A DNA stretch of 64,000 nucleotides from Mizuhopecten yessoensis (lineage: Eukaryota), in contig NW_018408895.1 of NCBI RefSeq assembly GCF_002113885.1, positions 1,057,565 to 1,121,564 on the forward strand, in the 5' to 3' direction. The stretch's first letter is position 1. The number at the start of each line of letters is the position of its first letter. The position numbers and the translations under genes are program-made. Below the pieces are notes generated by a model. The model saw only the letters and a list, made by a program, of their open reading frames with translations. It ran no database searches and was not told where the DNA came from. Positions 25,796-39,552 of the stretch are shown in pieces.

Positions 25796-26608
25796 GTAGT
25801 ATTCTGTCATTTCTTGTTAGTACCACCAACTTTATCTGTTTTGTTAATTACATGGTACTACCTAAAAACCTGCTTTTTTCTTAACATTCTAAGAAATAAA
25901 CTTTTTGGTTCATTCCTAGATAGAAAATGTTTTAATGTGTGAAATGCATTAGCTTTCAGAAATTTTGAGTGGTATTTGATATTTGATTGCTAAGTTTTTT
26001 GAGGGCAATCAACTGGATTGATGGTAGTCTTTTTACTGGAATTCATTCAATATTCATCACAGAACTATGTTGTTAGGTCTGCTGAGCCTTTTTATAACTA
26101 GTTGCTAGTATTGATCATGTCACCGGTAATTATTAATATCTTGTGATAGTGGAAATTTTTGCCCCGTTATATTTTCATCCTGTTTGGCCCTTTAATGATT
26201 TCTATGATACATAGTTAGCAGTAATGGTAAGTAAACAGGGGCAAACTCAACACCATTAATCTATTTTAAAAGGTCAGGGGGCATCATTTTGGAAGCAAAA
26301 TGGTTACAGTTCACAGCAATTATGAACTGATAAAAACATTTCACTGATTTAAAATTAACTTATCTTTATTTCTAAGTCAATTCAACTTCCAAGTAATATA
26401 AAAAATATGGACACCTAAATTTTATCTATCACATTTATTATATGTAAAACTTCTTATTTTTGGTTAAAAAATTGGAAATAATCATTAATTTCTGTTACTG
26501 CAACTCAATTTCTTTGCTTTTATTTTTTAATCAGCTATTTCATAAATGTGTCATTGAGTCAGGAAAAGATCCATTACAAAAGTGTCAGATCTTTTAAAGG
26601 AAAATAGA

Positions 26609-26783
26609 CGTGGCATTAAAATAATATATTCTGCTATCGTGGCATTAAAATAATATATCCTCTATCGTGGCATTAAAATAATATATCCTGATATCGTGGC
26701 ATTAAAATAATATATCCTGCTATCGTGGCATTAAAATAATATATCCTGCTATCGTGGCATTAAAATAATATATCCTGCTATCG
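26609..26783. repeat. Minisatellite, 29 bp unit, 6 copies
   Basis: CGTGGCATTAAAATAATATATCCTGCTAT repeated. Confidence 0.95.
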
Positions 26784-27379
26784 GGGGATGATTGACTGCA
26801 GCCAATGATCCCGTGTACAGACTCAGGGCCGGTATTATCATGTGTTATTGTTAGTTATACGAGTAATGACTTACCTTGTGTGAGAGATGTACTTATCCCC
26901 GTGTCCGGTTAAACAGATTTATCTGTGACAGCACAGTACCATAACATACACAGACTTAGTATATATACGTATCCCTAGTCACAGAACTTTTATATATATA
27001 CCACTACACAAACACTTGTTCAGGCTTTAGAATAGATGATTGTTTTTCTCTTTAGATTAAAACTTTTATATCTGTTGTTGCGTTATAGAGGTGGTGTCTG
27101 TAAGGCACACATCAATGGGTGAACAATTGACAGGTGTTAGTTTCACTTGCATGTGAGAGGATCAATGCAAATACGTCCTTGTCAATCACAAAGCAGCAGG
27201 CGGGATGTTGGGAACCAGCCACTGCATCAGAGGAATACGTCTGATTGGTCCGAAGGAGGCACCAAGGAGGCACCGTTACAACTCTACATATACAGTCAAC
27301 TAGGGAGAGGGTGCAAGAAGGGGGTGGTTGCACACTGTTTATCTATAAATATATAAAGATATGGACCATTTATTGGGAG

Positions 27380-27960
27380 AAAGGTACAAGGGATGGGTGG
27401 AAATGTCTACTGCTACTAGAGTTAGCATACAAGGGAGGGTGATAATATCTACTGGTACTAGAGTTAGGGTACAAGGGAGGGTGATAATATCTACTGGTAC
27501 TAGAGGAAGGGTACAAGGGAGGGTGATAATATCTCCTGGTACTAGAGGAAGGGTACAAGGGAGGGTGATAATGTCTACTGTTACTAGAGTTAGGGTACAA
27601 GGGAGGGTGATAATATCTACTGGTACTAGAGTTAGGGTACATGGGAGGGTGATAGTATCTACTGGTACTAGAGGAAGGGTACATGGGAAGGTGATACTAT
27701 CTACTGTTACTCTAAGGAGGGTACAAAGGAGGGGTGATAATATTTACTGGTACTATGAGAAGGGTACAAGGGAAGGGTGATAATGTCTACTGGCACTAGA
27801 AGAAGGGTACAAGGGAGGTGTGTGTGTGTGTGTGGGTGTGTGTGTGTGTGATGATATCTACTTTTACTAGAGGAAGGATACAGGGGAGGGGTGATACTAT
27901 TTACTGGTACTAGAGGAAGGGTACATTAGGGAGAGGTTGATACTATTTACTTGTACAAGA
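27380..27960. repeat. Minisatellite, 42 bp unit, ~13 copies, with embedded (GT)n at 27818-27850
   Basis: AGGGTACAAGGGAGGGTGATAATATCTACTGGTACTAGAG(TT/GA) repeated. Confidence 0.95.
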
Positions 27961-29539
27961 AGTATACAAGTGAAGATTTATATTGTCTATAGGCCCTCAA
28001 GTATTTCATATGATAAATATATGGGTAAGAATAAAGAACTACTTTGTGTGGGAGAAAATGTAACTGGTTATTTTAAATCAGCACACATCCTATTCAATCT
28101 ATCTTTGTCTTTGCCACCCACATTTGAATTTGCTATTTTAGGCTTAAATGCCAAGTGGGCTATTCTTTGTTAAACACTGTATGTACAAGACATGAACAAT
28201 TTATTAGATACAAATGAAGTTACAGACTTTGTGATCATGATAAATAAAAAAAGAAAGAAACACTGATGGATAGGGAAGACATTTTATAATGTTTGGTTAT
28301 ATCCCATAAGAGCGGAGAATAACGAGAACATATGTCTGTTAGAAGTACCGTAATGATGACTAGCATGCTGACTGATATACCTCCAGCATTGGAGACACAG
28401 GCAAGTAATGGCAAACCTACTGTAATTGTCACTGAGTGACCACAATGAGGTAAGGCTAACAGATCAGTAGGGGTGTTAGGAGACAGTGTCTAATGATGTA
28501 GCACCCCTATCCTGGTCACGGTGTGTACAATCACCTACGCTCAGATAGAATTGTAGTGTCAAATTCCAGCTGTCCCTGTGGCCGGCTATAATGCTGAATG
28601 TTGATGAAGCATCTTGTCTGGTTTGAAGAAGGACCCTATCAAAACAGAACTGGTGGAGCTGGAACTAATCGCTAGCACAGTTATTATGACTGAAGAGGGG
28701 CTGTTGTCATTTGATGGAGTGCTCGTGTGGTCACACAGAAAATGTAGAAATATTGTAAGAGGAACCACACTCAGAAACATGAATAAAAAATGAAAGAACA
28801 ACCAGAATTAAGCCAAGGAAATTGAGAAATAAAGAATGATTACAGTTTGAGAGGGGGTGTCATCTTGTGATGGAGGTAGCAGCTTTGATTAACAGATTAG
28901 TCAAGGGAGGCAGGGCATTCTTTAGCAATGTTAATACGACTGCATCATGTTTACAAGCAACAGAAATAGATTTGAAAAGTACAGTGTTTGTTACAAATCA
29001 TATCAGTGGTGCACAGAAGCTGGTGAGAAATACATTATGTCAAACAAGTTTAGAAATATAGGTTCTGTTAATGATAGATGAATGTAAACCTAGGTTTTGT
29101 TCTGGGTGAAACAGTCCTGAACTCATGTGCTCTCACAGGTTTTGTTGTTTATGGTTTTACATGTTTTGGGCAGACAAACAGCACGTGATGAAGTATTGTT
29201 CCCAATAAACACTTTACCTAAAGTGTCTGCACCTGTGACACAACTCGACACACATCAAACTGGGATCGTACAGATCTGAGCCAGAGTGTTGAGATGAAGC
29301 ACTGCAGCCTCTGCAACCAAATTATGTAATGTGACAGCGCCCAGTGATGGAGATGGCTGTAAGGTGTTGATAGGGCTAAGAAACTGCTGGGTATATACAA
29401 AGAGAGCATATGAAGACCCAGTAGTAGTGCTTTTTTTCACTTAAGCACAAAACTGAATAAAATGTCCTGTATCTGTCAAATTAAAAAAGAAAAAAGAAAA
29501 TAAACAAGCTTATCTTGCATTTGTTCAATTTGTTTAGTT

Positions 29540-30201
29540 GCTATAGAAGGAAGCTTCCTTGGTACTGATTCTGCTATAGAAGGAAGCTTCCTTGGTACTG
29601 ATTCTGCTATAGAAGGAAGCTTCTTCAGTACTGATTCTGCTATAGAAGGAAGCTTCCTCAGTACTGATTCTGCTATAGAAGGAAGCATCCTCAGTACTGA
29701 TTCTGCTATAGAAGGAAGCTTCCTCAGTACTGATTCTGCTATAGAAGGAAGCTTCCTCAGTACTGATTCTACTATAGAAGGAAGCTTCCTCATCAGTACT
29801 GATTCTGCTATAGAAGGAAGCTTCCTTGGTACTGATTCTGCTATAGAAGGAAGCTTCCTCAGTACTGATTCTGCTATAGAAGGAAGCTTCCTCAGTTCTG
29901 ATTCTGCCATAGAAGGAAGCTTCCACAGTACTGATTCTGCTATAGAAGGAAGCTTGCTCAGTACTGATTCTGCTATAGAAGGAAGCTTCCTCACTACTGA
30001 TTCTGCTATAGAAGGAAGCTTGCTCAGTACTGATTCTACTGTAGAAGGAAGCTTCCTTGGTAATGGTTCTACTGTAGAAGGAAGCTTCCTTGGTACTGAT
30101 TCTACTGTAGAAGGAAGCTTCCTTGGTAATGGTTCTGCTATAGAAGGAAGCTTCCTTGGTACTGATTCTACTGTAGAAGGAAGCTTCCTTGGTAATGGTT
30201 C
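29540..30201. repeat. Minisatellite, 33 bp unit, ~20 copies
   Basis: GCTATAGAAGGAAGCTTCCTCAGTACTGATTCT repeated. Confidence 0.97.
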
Positions 30202-30339
30202 TTCTGGCCTCCACTTGTTGCTGTCTCTACAAAGGTATCTCTTACACACATTGAGACACAGAACCCACAGCTTTGGGTGCTATTGGACAGGGGATAAAAA
30301 CACTCTAAAATGACATGGTCACACCAGAAATCCAACAGT

Positions 30340-30480
30340 GGGCTATCGGATGGCACAGTGGATAAGGCACTTGCCTTTCACCAAGGTGGCTGGGATTCGA
30401 TACCCCGATTGGACGTGAAAAGGTATTGGGTCACCTGCTGAACCACGTTTTCCCCGGGTACTCCAGTTTTCTCCCACATC
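30340..30480 (+). mobile_element. 3'-truncated SINE (family A)
   Basis: TGGCACAGTGGATAAGGCACTTGCCTTTCACCAAGG..GATTCGAT..GATTGGACGTGAAAAGGTA..TTTTCCCCGGGTACTCCAGTTTTCTCCCACA matches the 11731 copy. Confidence 0.9.
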
Positions 30481-31845
30481 AAAAAGGCAAGAGATTCAGT
30501 GACTTAACCTTTGATTCACCTAAGATATCTTTTAGACACATGCATGTATTCCGTTTAAAATATTTTACTTTACATTTTATAGAGTTAAAGTTGTTTAGTT
30601 CAAAATTTGATCAGTTGCAATCAAATGAAATAAAAACAAAAAAAGCAAACAGATACTCCAAAGGTTGAACTAAGAGCTAGCCACTGCTTACCTTCACTTT
30701 ACCAGTGTTGGTATCTAGGAATTATAAATGCATGATATCAAATTGGAAATTCCAAGCAAAAAAACTCCTTTAGATTACTTTACAGCAAGGCATATCTTGT
30801 CAACTAAAACATTAACCTGTCAAAACACTGCTAAACAAAGTTCTAATCAAGGACAAGAACTCAGAACTCCCAGAAAAGTGTTCCATTGAGATGATTATAA
30901 ATGTGCTATATTTCAGTAAGACAGTATTGCGTTACAGGTCGCAGTAATGATGTAGGTATTACTTGTCCAAGATTAATCCCGCACATATCTGATTGACCAA
31001 GAAATTACGAGTGTCTGAAGGGCAATGTATGTAAAACATGTCCATCACCAGTGCCAAGACAGCAATATATGGTAATGTGGACATGTTGTAACGTCCTGTC
31101 TGGATGCATTGATGTTGAGCGGGGTCAATGTCCTTGGCAGTTCATATACCAGTGTTGGTAGCACTGGTATCCTAAGCGGTCAGTTGACTGGTGTAAAACG
31201 GACGTCCTCAGTGGTCAGTTGACCGTTGTTAAACATAGTCACATATTAAAGTATCTGCAAATAACACCTCCTGAAGGCAAAAAAATCCAGACAAGGTGAA
31301 ATTGAGGTAAGCACTTGATTCTGAAAGCAAAAGTTCAGAACCACCACAAGAATGACATTTTACATTTTTCGTTAATATATTGCCTACTGATGACTGACCC
31401 TCTGACTGTATCTTTACAAGCTCCACAGATGTGTACCTCAAGGCAGTGCACAACTGATAGTCACTGCTAAGCTAGCAATTACATTGTAATATGTATTGCA
31501 TTACTTACATATTTAAATAAAGTGATTCTGAATGCATGAGATGTACCAGACTCACATATGTTGGGATGACAGACTGCTAACCTATGTTTATATAAGGTCT
31601 GATGGTCTTAAATAGAAAATTAACTCGGAACACAGATTATGACGGTCAAGGTCACAAGGTCCTGTCGTTAAAGTTTTAAGAAAGAAAATAAAGTGTGCCA
31701 TACCATATTCAACAAACATTAAAATTGAAATTGATTCCATTTGCTGTTTAAAGAGATATTATTATTTTTTTATGAACTTTCCTCTTATTTATTGAGATGC
31801 AGATGTTTAAAGAGATTTTTCAGTTATTTCAAGAGATAAAATTTA

Positions 31846-32168
31846 ATGAGATTGTACCATTCTTCCATGAAATTGTACCATTCTTCCATGAGATTGTACC
31901 ATTCTTCCATGAAATTGTACCATTCTTCCATGAGATTGTACCATTTTTCCATGAAATTGTACCATTCTTCCATGAAATTGTACCATTCTTCCATGAGATT
32001 GTACCATTCTTCCATGAAATTGTACCATTCTTCCATGAGATTGTACCATTCTTCCATGAAATTGTACCATTCTTCCATAAAATTGTACCATTCTTCCATG
32101 AGATTTTACCATTCTTCCATGAAATTGTACCATTTTTCCATGAAATTGTACCATTCTGCTATGAGATT
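31846..32168. repeat. Minisatellite, 21 bp unit, ~15 copies
   Basis: ATGA(G/A)ATTGTACCATTCTTCC repeated. Confidence 0.97.
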
Positions 32169-34619
32169 TCACTTTTTAGAAAGTAAGTAATTATTTAACT
32201 TTTAGATGAGATTGTGGGATCTCTTTACGTAGCAGTAGGATGCTATAGAGAAGTACCATCATATGGCTATATATGTGGTGTACGATGGTCCGATATCAGT
32301 AGCATAGTAAGGAGGTTATTGCTGTTGCATGTCTTCCAGCTTGTACGGAGAATTTTAATCTAAAATGGTACAAGTGGCCATACCAATACTAAGACAAATA
32401 GATTTATCGGTAAATTTGAATGAATAATAGAAGATTTAACAAGGGGAAAAGTGTTAATATGGAGAGAGTAGAGGACTATTGGCTAGGTGTGTCCCACACG
32501 TGCAGAGAAACACATGGCCACATCTGATCAAGCATTTCTCTGACATGATATGAGGTGTTTAAACGTTTTAAAGTATTCATTGCCACGTCCAGCTTGTGAT
32601 AAGTATGACAGTTTACATTTGTTATATGGTGTTTTGCATACATTATAGCATATTTTATTTCCGTGATATGTATGGTTAAACATTGAATTGATTTGACATG
32701 CTGCGTTTTATATTAAGTGTTAAACCGTTATGATAACACAGGCAATTAACTGGAGAGCAACATGTGGATAAAATGTCACATCTCTACATCAGTGAAAAAC
32801 ACATTTGTCATACGCTTAATCTATTGAAACAGTATACCTGCACATGCTGTTAACGAGACGACCATTACAGGTAAAACGTTGGCAGAACTCGCATCAGATC
32901 TGTCAGTGATTGCGACATGGGTATATATTGCTACGTTAATGCAGTTAGGTGGCTTTAACAGGTTTTTTTATCTTTATGAAAATTGTTTACAGGATCAATT
33001 ATCGTATACCAATTTTTCTAACAGATAAATCCCATGATAAACGAAAACACTCTAGAATGAATTCTTATACATTTTTCATGCTCAGGATGTTTTGGTGTCC
33101 AGGTGTTTCAGATGAACAACTTACTTCGTCCTTCATCTCTGTCTAAATGAGCCATATAATAAGCCCTTAAACCTCAAATGATAAAGAATACTGTTGCAGG
33201 GAATCAAGTCTAGCGTTAGCAGTATCTGAGCTATCAGCCATGTTTTCTACGTGCTGGTGGTTTCAGCGTGTTGAAATCCTTGAACAGGATTGCCGAAGGA
33301 AATAGACAGTAGCGGACAGTCAGCTCAGACATCACCCCAAGACTTCCATCAGCTTCCTATCCTTGTCATCATCCATTATAGTGTGACAGAATTGGTTAAT
33401 GCAAGCATTTCCTCCACTCTGGTCCCCTCCTCCTCTCTGCAGGACCGGATCAGGTTCTCTGGAAGGGGCAGATGTATTCAGAGGAACAGTATAACGCTGT
33501 AAGATCTAAGTATTTGCATATTTGGCCGAAATTATTTGGATGGCAACATCTGGTAACAGTATGTTTGATATCTGATGGAGTGTTGGAAATCTCCATGGCT
33601 AACTAAGTCTCCCATCCATCACTGGTGTTATCGGGGTATACTCCTACAGATTCAAACGATTGCTTGTCCAGCGTGTCCCTCTGTGATTGATGCAGTGTAA
33701 ACTGTATGTCTTGTTACCATCACCGCCCTATTGGATTTCCCAAGATACAGAATCATAGACCAATATTTCTACTAATTTTGTGGATGATGTCGATGCTGAA
33801 AGATGGAGATTATTGATGGCTGCTATTATCTGATGTTTTGGCTTGTCTTTATTTCAACATGAATGGTTTTTCGGTCATCACTGGTAGGGTAGATCTCCTA
33901 TATATGTTTAGTAGCCTCTGTCAGATTGTCCACAAGATCAAGCAATATCAAGCTTCCATGTGGTTCGACAATTCTCCTCCATACTTTTGACATTACCGCC
34001 ATTCTAATAAAAGTTATTGTACATCTTGGAATCTAACAATGGTAGTATTCATTTTGGAGAATATTTTTAATCTGTCAATAAGGACCACTATTTATCTTTT
34101 TTCGTCTACTGTAAGTTTCCAGAAAAATGTACACTGCTGTGAATATAAATTGTTATTAGCACGTACATGCAATAAAAAGAACTTAAATCTAAGTCATTGC
34201 TTAAAAATTATTGGAAAATGTATATATGATAGAAAAGTGCTGAAATTCACAAATTCTAACTGAATATTTGTCTCGATTGTTATTTATCCTAGAAAGCTAT
34301 AAGTTGTGATTCATTTTAACTTCATGCCAAACAACAATATCCATTAATTACAGACAACGTACATCCCCTTTGTTGAAAAAACTAGGACCTCAAAAAAAGG
34401 GTCGAATTGTCGTGATGCATCATCATCATCATCAGTCAAGTGTTTAGTTCCCTGGTGATTAAACGCTTTGTTGTACATCAGATATCATCCCTATTCAAGT
34501 TATAGCATTAAAATATAACAAGCACTTATTGTTGTACCCAGTATTAGACCATACAGGAATAGGGTGGAGGTGATAAGATCTTATGAAAAATTCACACAGC
34601 TATGTTCAAACTCTAAACC

Positions 34620-34732
34620 CCAATTGTTGCTTTGCCTGCTTATACCCAGATTGTTGCTTTGCCTGCTTATATCCAAATTGTTGTTTCGTCTGCTTATATC
34701 CAAATTGTTGTTTTTGTCTGCTTATATCCAAA
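34620..34732. repeat. Tandem repeat, 27 bp unit, 4 copies
   Basis: ATTGTTGCTTTGCCTGCTTATA(T/C)CCA repeated. Confidence 0.9.
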
Positions 34733-36616
34733 ACACTTATAGTATCCATTACCAGCTCAATCTTGATTTTGGTCTGGATATGAAATTAGTTATGTCTGAC
34801 AACAACCAGCTCTGATTTAAGCATGGAAAGCTGTGCAATAACTGTTAAAGAAATATTTAGATTTTCATGAAACTTTCTACACATGCCTTAAGTATCAGTT
34901 GCCATCTTAGGTTTAATTTTGATCTACGACATGGCTGTCGGGGATGGCAGGCACACGTTTATACTATTTGAACAATTACGTGCTTTTTGATTTTTTAAGT
35001 GTTTATAAATAAACAACTTAATACTTGTCAAATTCAAAGCTTTCATTATGGTATAACATCTCAGATAATGTGGTAATAGAGGAATGGGAAATTAAAAGGC
35101 ACCACTCCTCAAATGGTCACATTCTGTAGCTTAGGATTCTAACCAATCAGAGTGATAGAAAGTGTAACCAGGCAATGAACGTAAAATGTTTAACCAACAC
35201 CTCTGCAGTGTAATGAATGGCCGAGGAGTTGATTGTAATTAACAGCTTAACACAATTGTAACCAAATGAATCATCTTTGATTATGTAGCCTTGCTCTATC
35301 CGAATGTTACAACTTTCATTTGAATTTCAAACCATGGCCACTTAACAAAGCCAAAATATCTTTGAATTTATTTTTATGGTAATTTGAAATAATGGTTAGA
35401 ATAGCAGAAATACCCAAACAGCACATTTTAATTCATTGATTCGCTGTGTTGTTTGTAGTCAAGAATGCATTTGTTACTGTGTAAAACGAATTCAATGTTC
35501 CGTATTTGTAACAAGAACTATACTTTATCCTGGTAACTTGTCACCACTTGCTGCAGTCTTTTCACTCCGAAGTTATCAATTTCCATGATACGTGTCGATG
35601 CATTGTCTATAGAATGTCAATGAAAAATTGTAAGCTTCAGTTTTTCTCCTGCCGTTTACCCCTTCACAAAGAAACTGTGAGAAAATAATATAGAGCTAAT
35701 CAAATAGGTTGTATTGGAGCTATATGTCAGTACCAGCCAAATCGTTTTCAATATAAAATGTTCAGAAACTTAAAAATAAGTTTAAGCAATAACTCACCAA
35801 CACATTATAATGGATTAGAGTATTGGGGGACCTTGCCTTGTCAGTGACACCAGGTCTATTGATCAGGTAGGAAATATGGCTTTATGGGAGGGAGTGGGGA
35901 GATGCAAATTCAATTCTCTAATCCATCGTGGTGGGTTACAGTAAACATTGCATTTGTAAGAATGTGGGCCTTGTTAGGTCTACACCAGTACCTAAATGCC
36001 ATTCTTCTTTCCTCATTTTCTCAGACTTTGTAACGTTTCCAAGTATCAGATTGGACAATTTCATCCGTCTGATTTTTTAATCCCAGAGAAATACAGCTAT
36101 GGAGAGACCTGCTATAACATTAATTAATGTCACAGGGAGGGGTTTCATTCACAACCACCTTGAAATTGTTTAATCAATGTTTCCTTTAATTACATTGCTT
36201 TTCCAATTTTTATATCTTGGGTCTCCTTGGAATTATATAAGGACAATTTCCTAGTGTTCATTTAGACTTCATGTAGAAGCTTGTCTCATTCTCCTCCGTA
36301 CAAGTGTTTTATAAATCAGCTAATAACATAGCCTCGCCTAGAACATTAGGAACATTTTCATAATGTTCACTTACAAAGCTTTTCATACTGGTGACTGGCT
36401 TCATTCGGCAGAATAAAAGTCGTTTTAATAATGTTGAATAGAAGAACCTAGGATGGTCATGCTCATTGACCACAAGCTTCAGATGTCCTGACAATTCCAA
36501 TAGGTTTCTTTTACAGTTGTTTACCTCAAGGGAGGAGGTTACCTCCCATTGTTGATCCAGTATCACTGAAGATTTGTCATCAGTTCTCAACACAAACCTC
36601 TCATAACTACATTTCC

Positions 36617-37715
36617 TTATTAGGTCACCTGAGACAAAGTCTCAAGTGACCTATTGCGATCGCCTTTTGTCCGTCGTCGTCCGTCGTCTGTCGTGCGTCC
36701 GTAATCAATTTACATTATCGACTTCTTCTCCAAAACCCCTAAACCAATTTCAATGAAATTTTGCAGAAACCTTCCATGGCCAAAGGTCAACTAAAATTGT
36801 GAATTATATGGTCCCCAGCCCCAAGGGGCCTGAGGGGCGGGGCCAAAAAGGGTAAAATTGACTAAAATTTCAAAAATCTTCTTCTCAAGATCCAGATATG
36901 GTAGAATCAAATACTCTTCATAGATAGAAGGGTCTTAAAGTGCTTTACTAGAATTGTGAATTTCTTGACCCTGGGGTCTCACGTTTTCCCCTGGGGAGGG
37001 GGTAAACTTTACTACAGTTTATATAGGGAAATCACATTTTGGACCCACATTTGTTTAATTGCCATTGGAAGTAATTCAATTTAGATTAGCATCATAAGTA
37101 TTGGGTAGCAGTTTGATAGTATGCACATATAAGCCCTGACTGACCCCCCTGGGCTGATGGGTGGGGCCAAAAAGGGTAGAATTGACTGAAATTTCAAAAA
37201 TCTTCTTCTCAAGACCCAGATATGGTAGAATCAAATACTCTTCATAGATGGAAGGGTCTTAAGGTGCTTTACCAAAATTGTGAATTTCATGACCCTTGGG
37301 TCTCACGTTTCCCCCTGGGGAGGGGGNNNNNNNNNNNNNNGGGGGCAAAATTTGTTATGGTTTATAATGGCAAATGATACTTTGAATATTACATGTTGAT
37401 AACTTGATTGGAATTATAACCCTAAGTTGACAGTTTGATACTTTGTAAATTTTGAGCCATCCCTACCCCCAAGGGCTGTAGGGTGGGGCCCAATGGAGTC
37501 TGTGTGCTAAAACAAAATTTCTTCATTTTCCTTGTTTAGAATCAGAGGTGCTAGTTTCAAATACTTTTCAGTCTTAAATCTGCATGCTAGATATTGAATA
37601 AGGTGGTTTTATTGTTTTTTGTCACTTTGAATAATATTTCTGTTCATGTTAAAAACAAAAATCAACACTCTGTATAAATATATCAGGTGACCGTTAAGGC
37701 CCATGGGCCTCTTGT
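36617..37715 (+). mobile_element. HINE/Helentron-type non-autonomous element with internal ~325 bp duplication
   Basis: 5' TTATTAGGTCACCTGAGAC-AAA-GTCTCAAGTGACCTA hairpin, (GTCC/GTCG)n microsatellite; 3' CAGGTGACC + AGGCCC-AT-GGGCCT + CTTGT. Confidence 0.9.
37327..37340. other. Assembly gap (14 N) within a poly-G run
   Basis: Run of n flanked by G tracts. Confidence 1.
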
Positions 37716-38789
37716 ATTTGTAGACAGACAGTCTGTCCTGGGGATTTTTCAAATGTGTGCAAGGTTGTCTGTTATGTTCATTTTAAAATATAGTTTATAT
37801 TGCTATTATTCATAGATTGGCAGACTGAGAATGTTTTCACAAAGGCAAGATGTATAAAAAGGTTGTCTGTTTCCAAAAAAAATATTTCATCATTTTTCAA
37901 TTGTTAAATAACAATGACTAATTTTATTATTTTGTTTTAAATCTTACAATACATAAAATAATTGATTTGTAATACTGATGATTTAAATCCTGGTTTTCTA
38001 ATTCATGAAATATTGAGACCTTTGATATTTTTTGGGGGAAATAATAAGCACATGACAAGTAAAGCAGTGAAACCATTTGAAACACTTGTCTGATTCTTGA
38101 AAAGGATTTATTAAATCTTTACAAAAGCATTCCAACTTTGTTAATGCACTACTATTAATGTCAAATACCACAACAATCAAGCCAATGGAATATCCAAAAT
38201 ATTGGTTTCTTATTACAAATAAAATATTGCCTGGCAGATTTTATATGAATTCAAATCTATATAGGTAATGAAGCTGGTGTCTACTGTTGTATAGAGGTGA
38301 TCGAGTCAGCTGTGTGATCATTTGTGCTGTCCCAAAGTCTAAACTGTCCCTTACGTCATAGCTCAATATCATTTACCAAGTTACAGAAAATGATAGATAG
38401 ATTTTACCTATCTGTTGATTGCTTTGGAAAGGAAAAAGGCATCGTGGTTATACTGTACAGATATTTTGCTCCTACTCCTTTCAATCATCTCATTGTTTCA
38501 TTGACCTTGCCATATAATCTGTAGTCGCTTAAAAATAAAATAGGAACTTAATTTTATGGCATAGTTCCACTGCAAAATCTTCTCGGAAAGGTTTAGACAG
38601 AAACCAGAAATCCTCTGGGTGACTTGTTAAGACAGGAAGTTCCACAGGAAAATTGTTAAAGTAAGGTTTAGGTTCCTTTAAATCATTTTTAGTTCATTAT
38701 TTCATTGATCTAATGCCTTATCAACTGAATCTCCCTTTAAACTTGAACAAGATATTCATTTGATGCTGAAGTTCCACTGCAAAATGTTC

Positions 38790-39552
38790 TAGATAATGGA
38801 TAGACAAGAACCAGAGATCTTCTAGGTAAGGTTTAGACAGGAACTAAAAAACTTCTAGATAAGGGTTAGACAGGAACCAGAAATCTTCTGGGTAAGGTTT
38901 AGACAGGATCTAAAAATCTCCGAGGTAATTATAAGGTTAAGATAGGAACTAGAAATCTTCTGGGTAAGGTTTAGACAGGAATCAGAAATCTTCTGGATAA
39001 GGTTTAGACATAACTCTTCTGGGTAAAGTTTAGACAGGAAGTAGAAATCTTCTGGGTAAGGTTTAGACAGGAACCAGAAATCTTCTGGGTAAGGTTTAGA
39101 CAGGAACAAGAAATCTTCTGAGAAGGTTTAGACAGAATTCTTCTGGGTAAAGTTTAGACAAAAACCAGAAATCTTCTAGGTAAGGTTTAGATAGGATCTA
39201 GAAATCTGCTAGGTAAGGTTTAGACAGGAACTAGAAATCTTCCGGGTAAGGTTTAGACAGAACTCTTCTGGGTTAGGTTTAGACAGGAACTAGAAATCTT
39301 CTTGGTAAGGTTTAGACAGGAACTAGAAATCTTCTGTGTAAAGTTTAGACAGGAACTAGAAATCTTTTGGGTAAGGTTAAGACAGAATTCTTCTCGGTAA
39401 AGTTTAGACAAAAACCAGAAATCTTTTGGGTAAGGTTTAGACAGGATCTAAAAATCTCCAAGGTAATTATAAGGTTAAGATAGGAACTAGAAATCTTCTG
39501 GGTAAGGTTTTAACAGGAACCAGAAATCCTCCAGATAAGGTTTTGACAGGAC
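38790..39552. repeat. Minisatellite, ~33 bp unit (26-41 bp variants), ~23 copies
   Basis: GGTAAGGTTTAGACAGGAAC(C/T)AGAAATCTTCTG repeated. Confidence 0.95.

Noticed and set aside
31797-32190. ORFs (FHEIVPF)n and (MEEWYNF)n
   Set aside because: 21-bp repeat open in four frames; no evidence of coding
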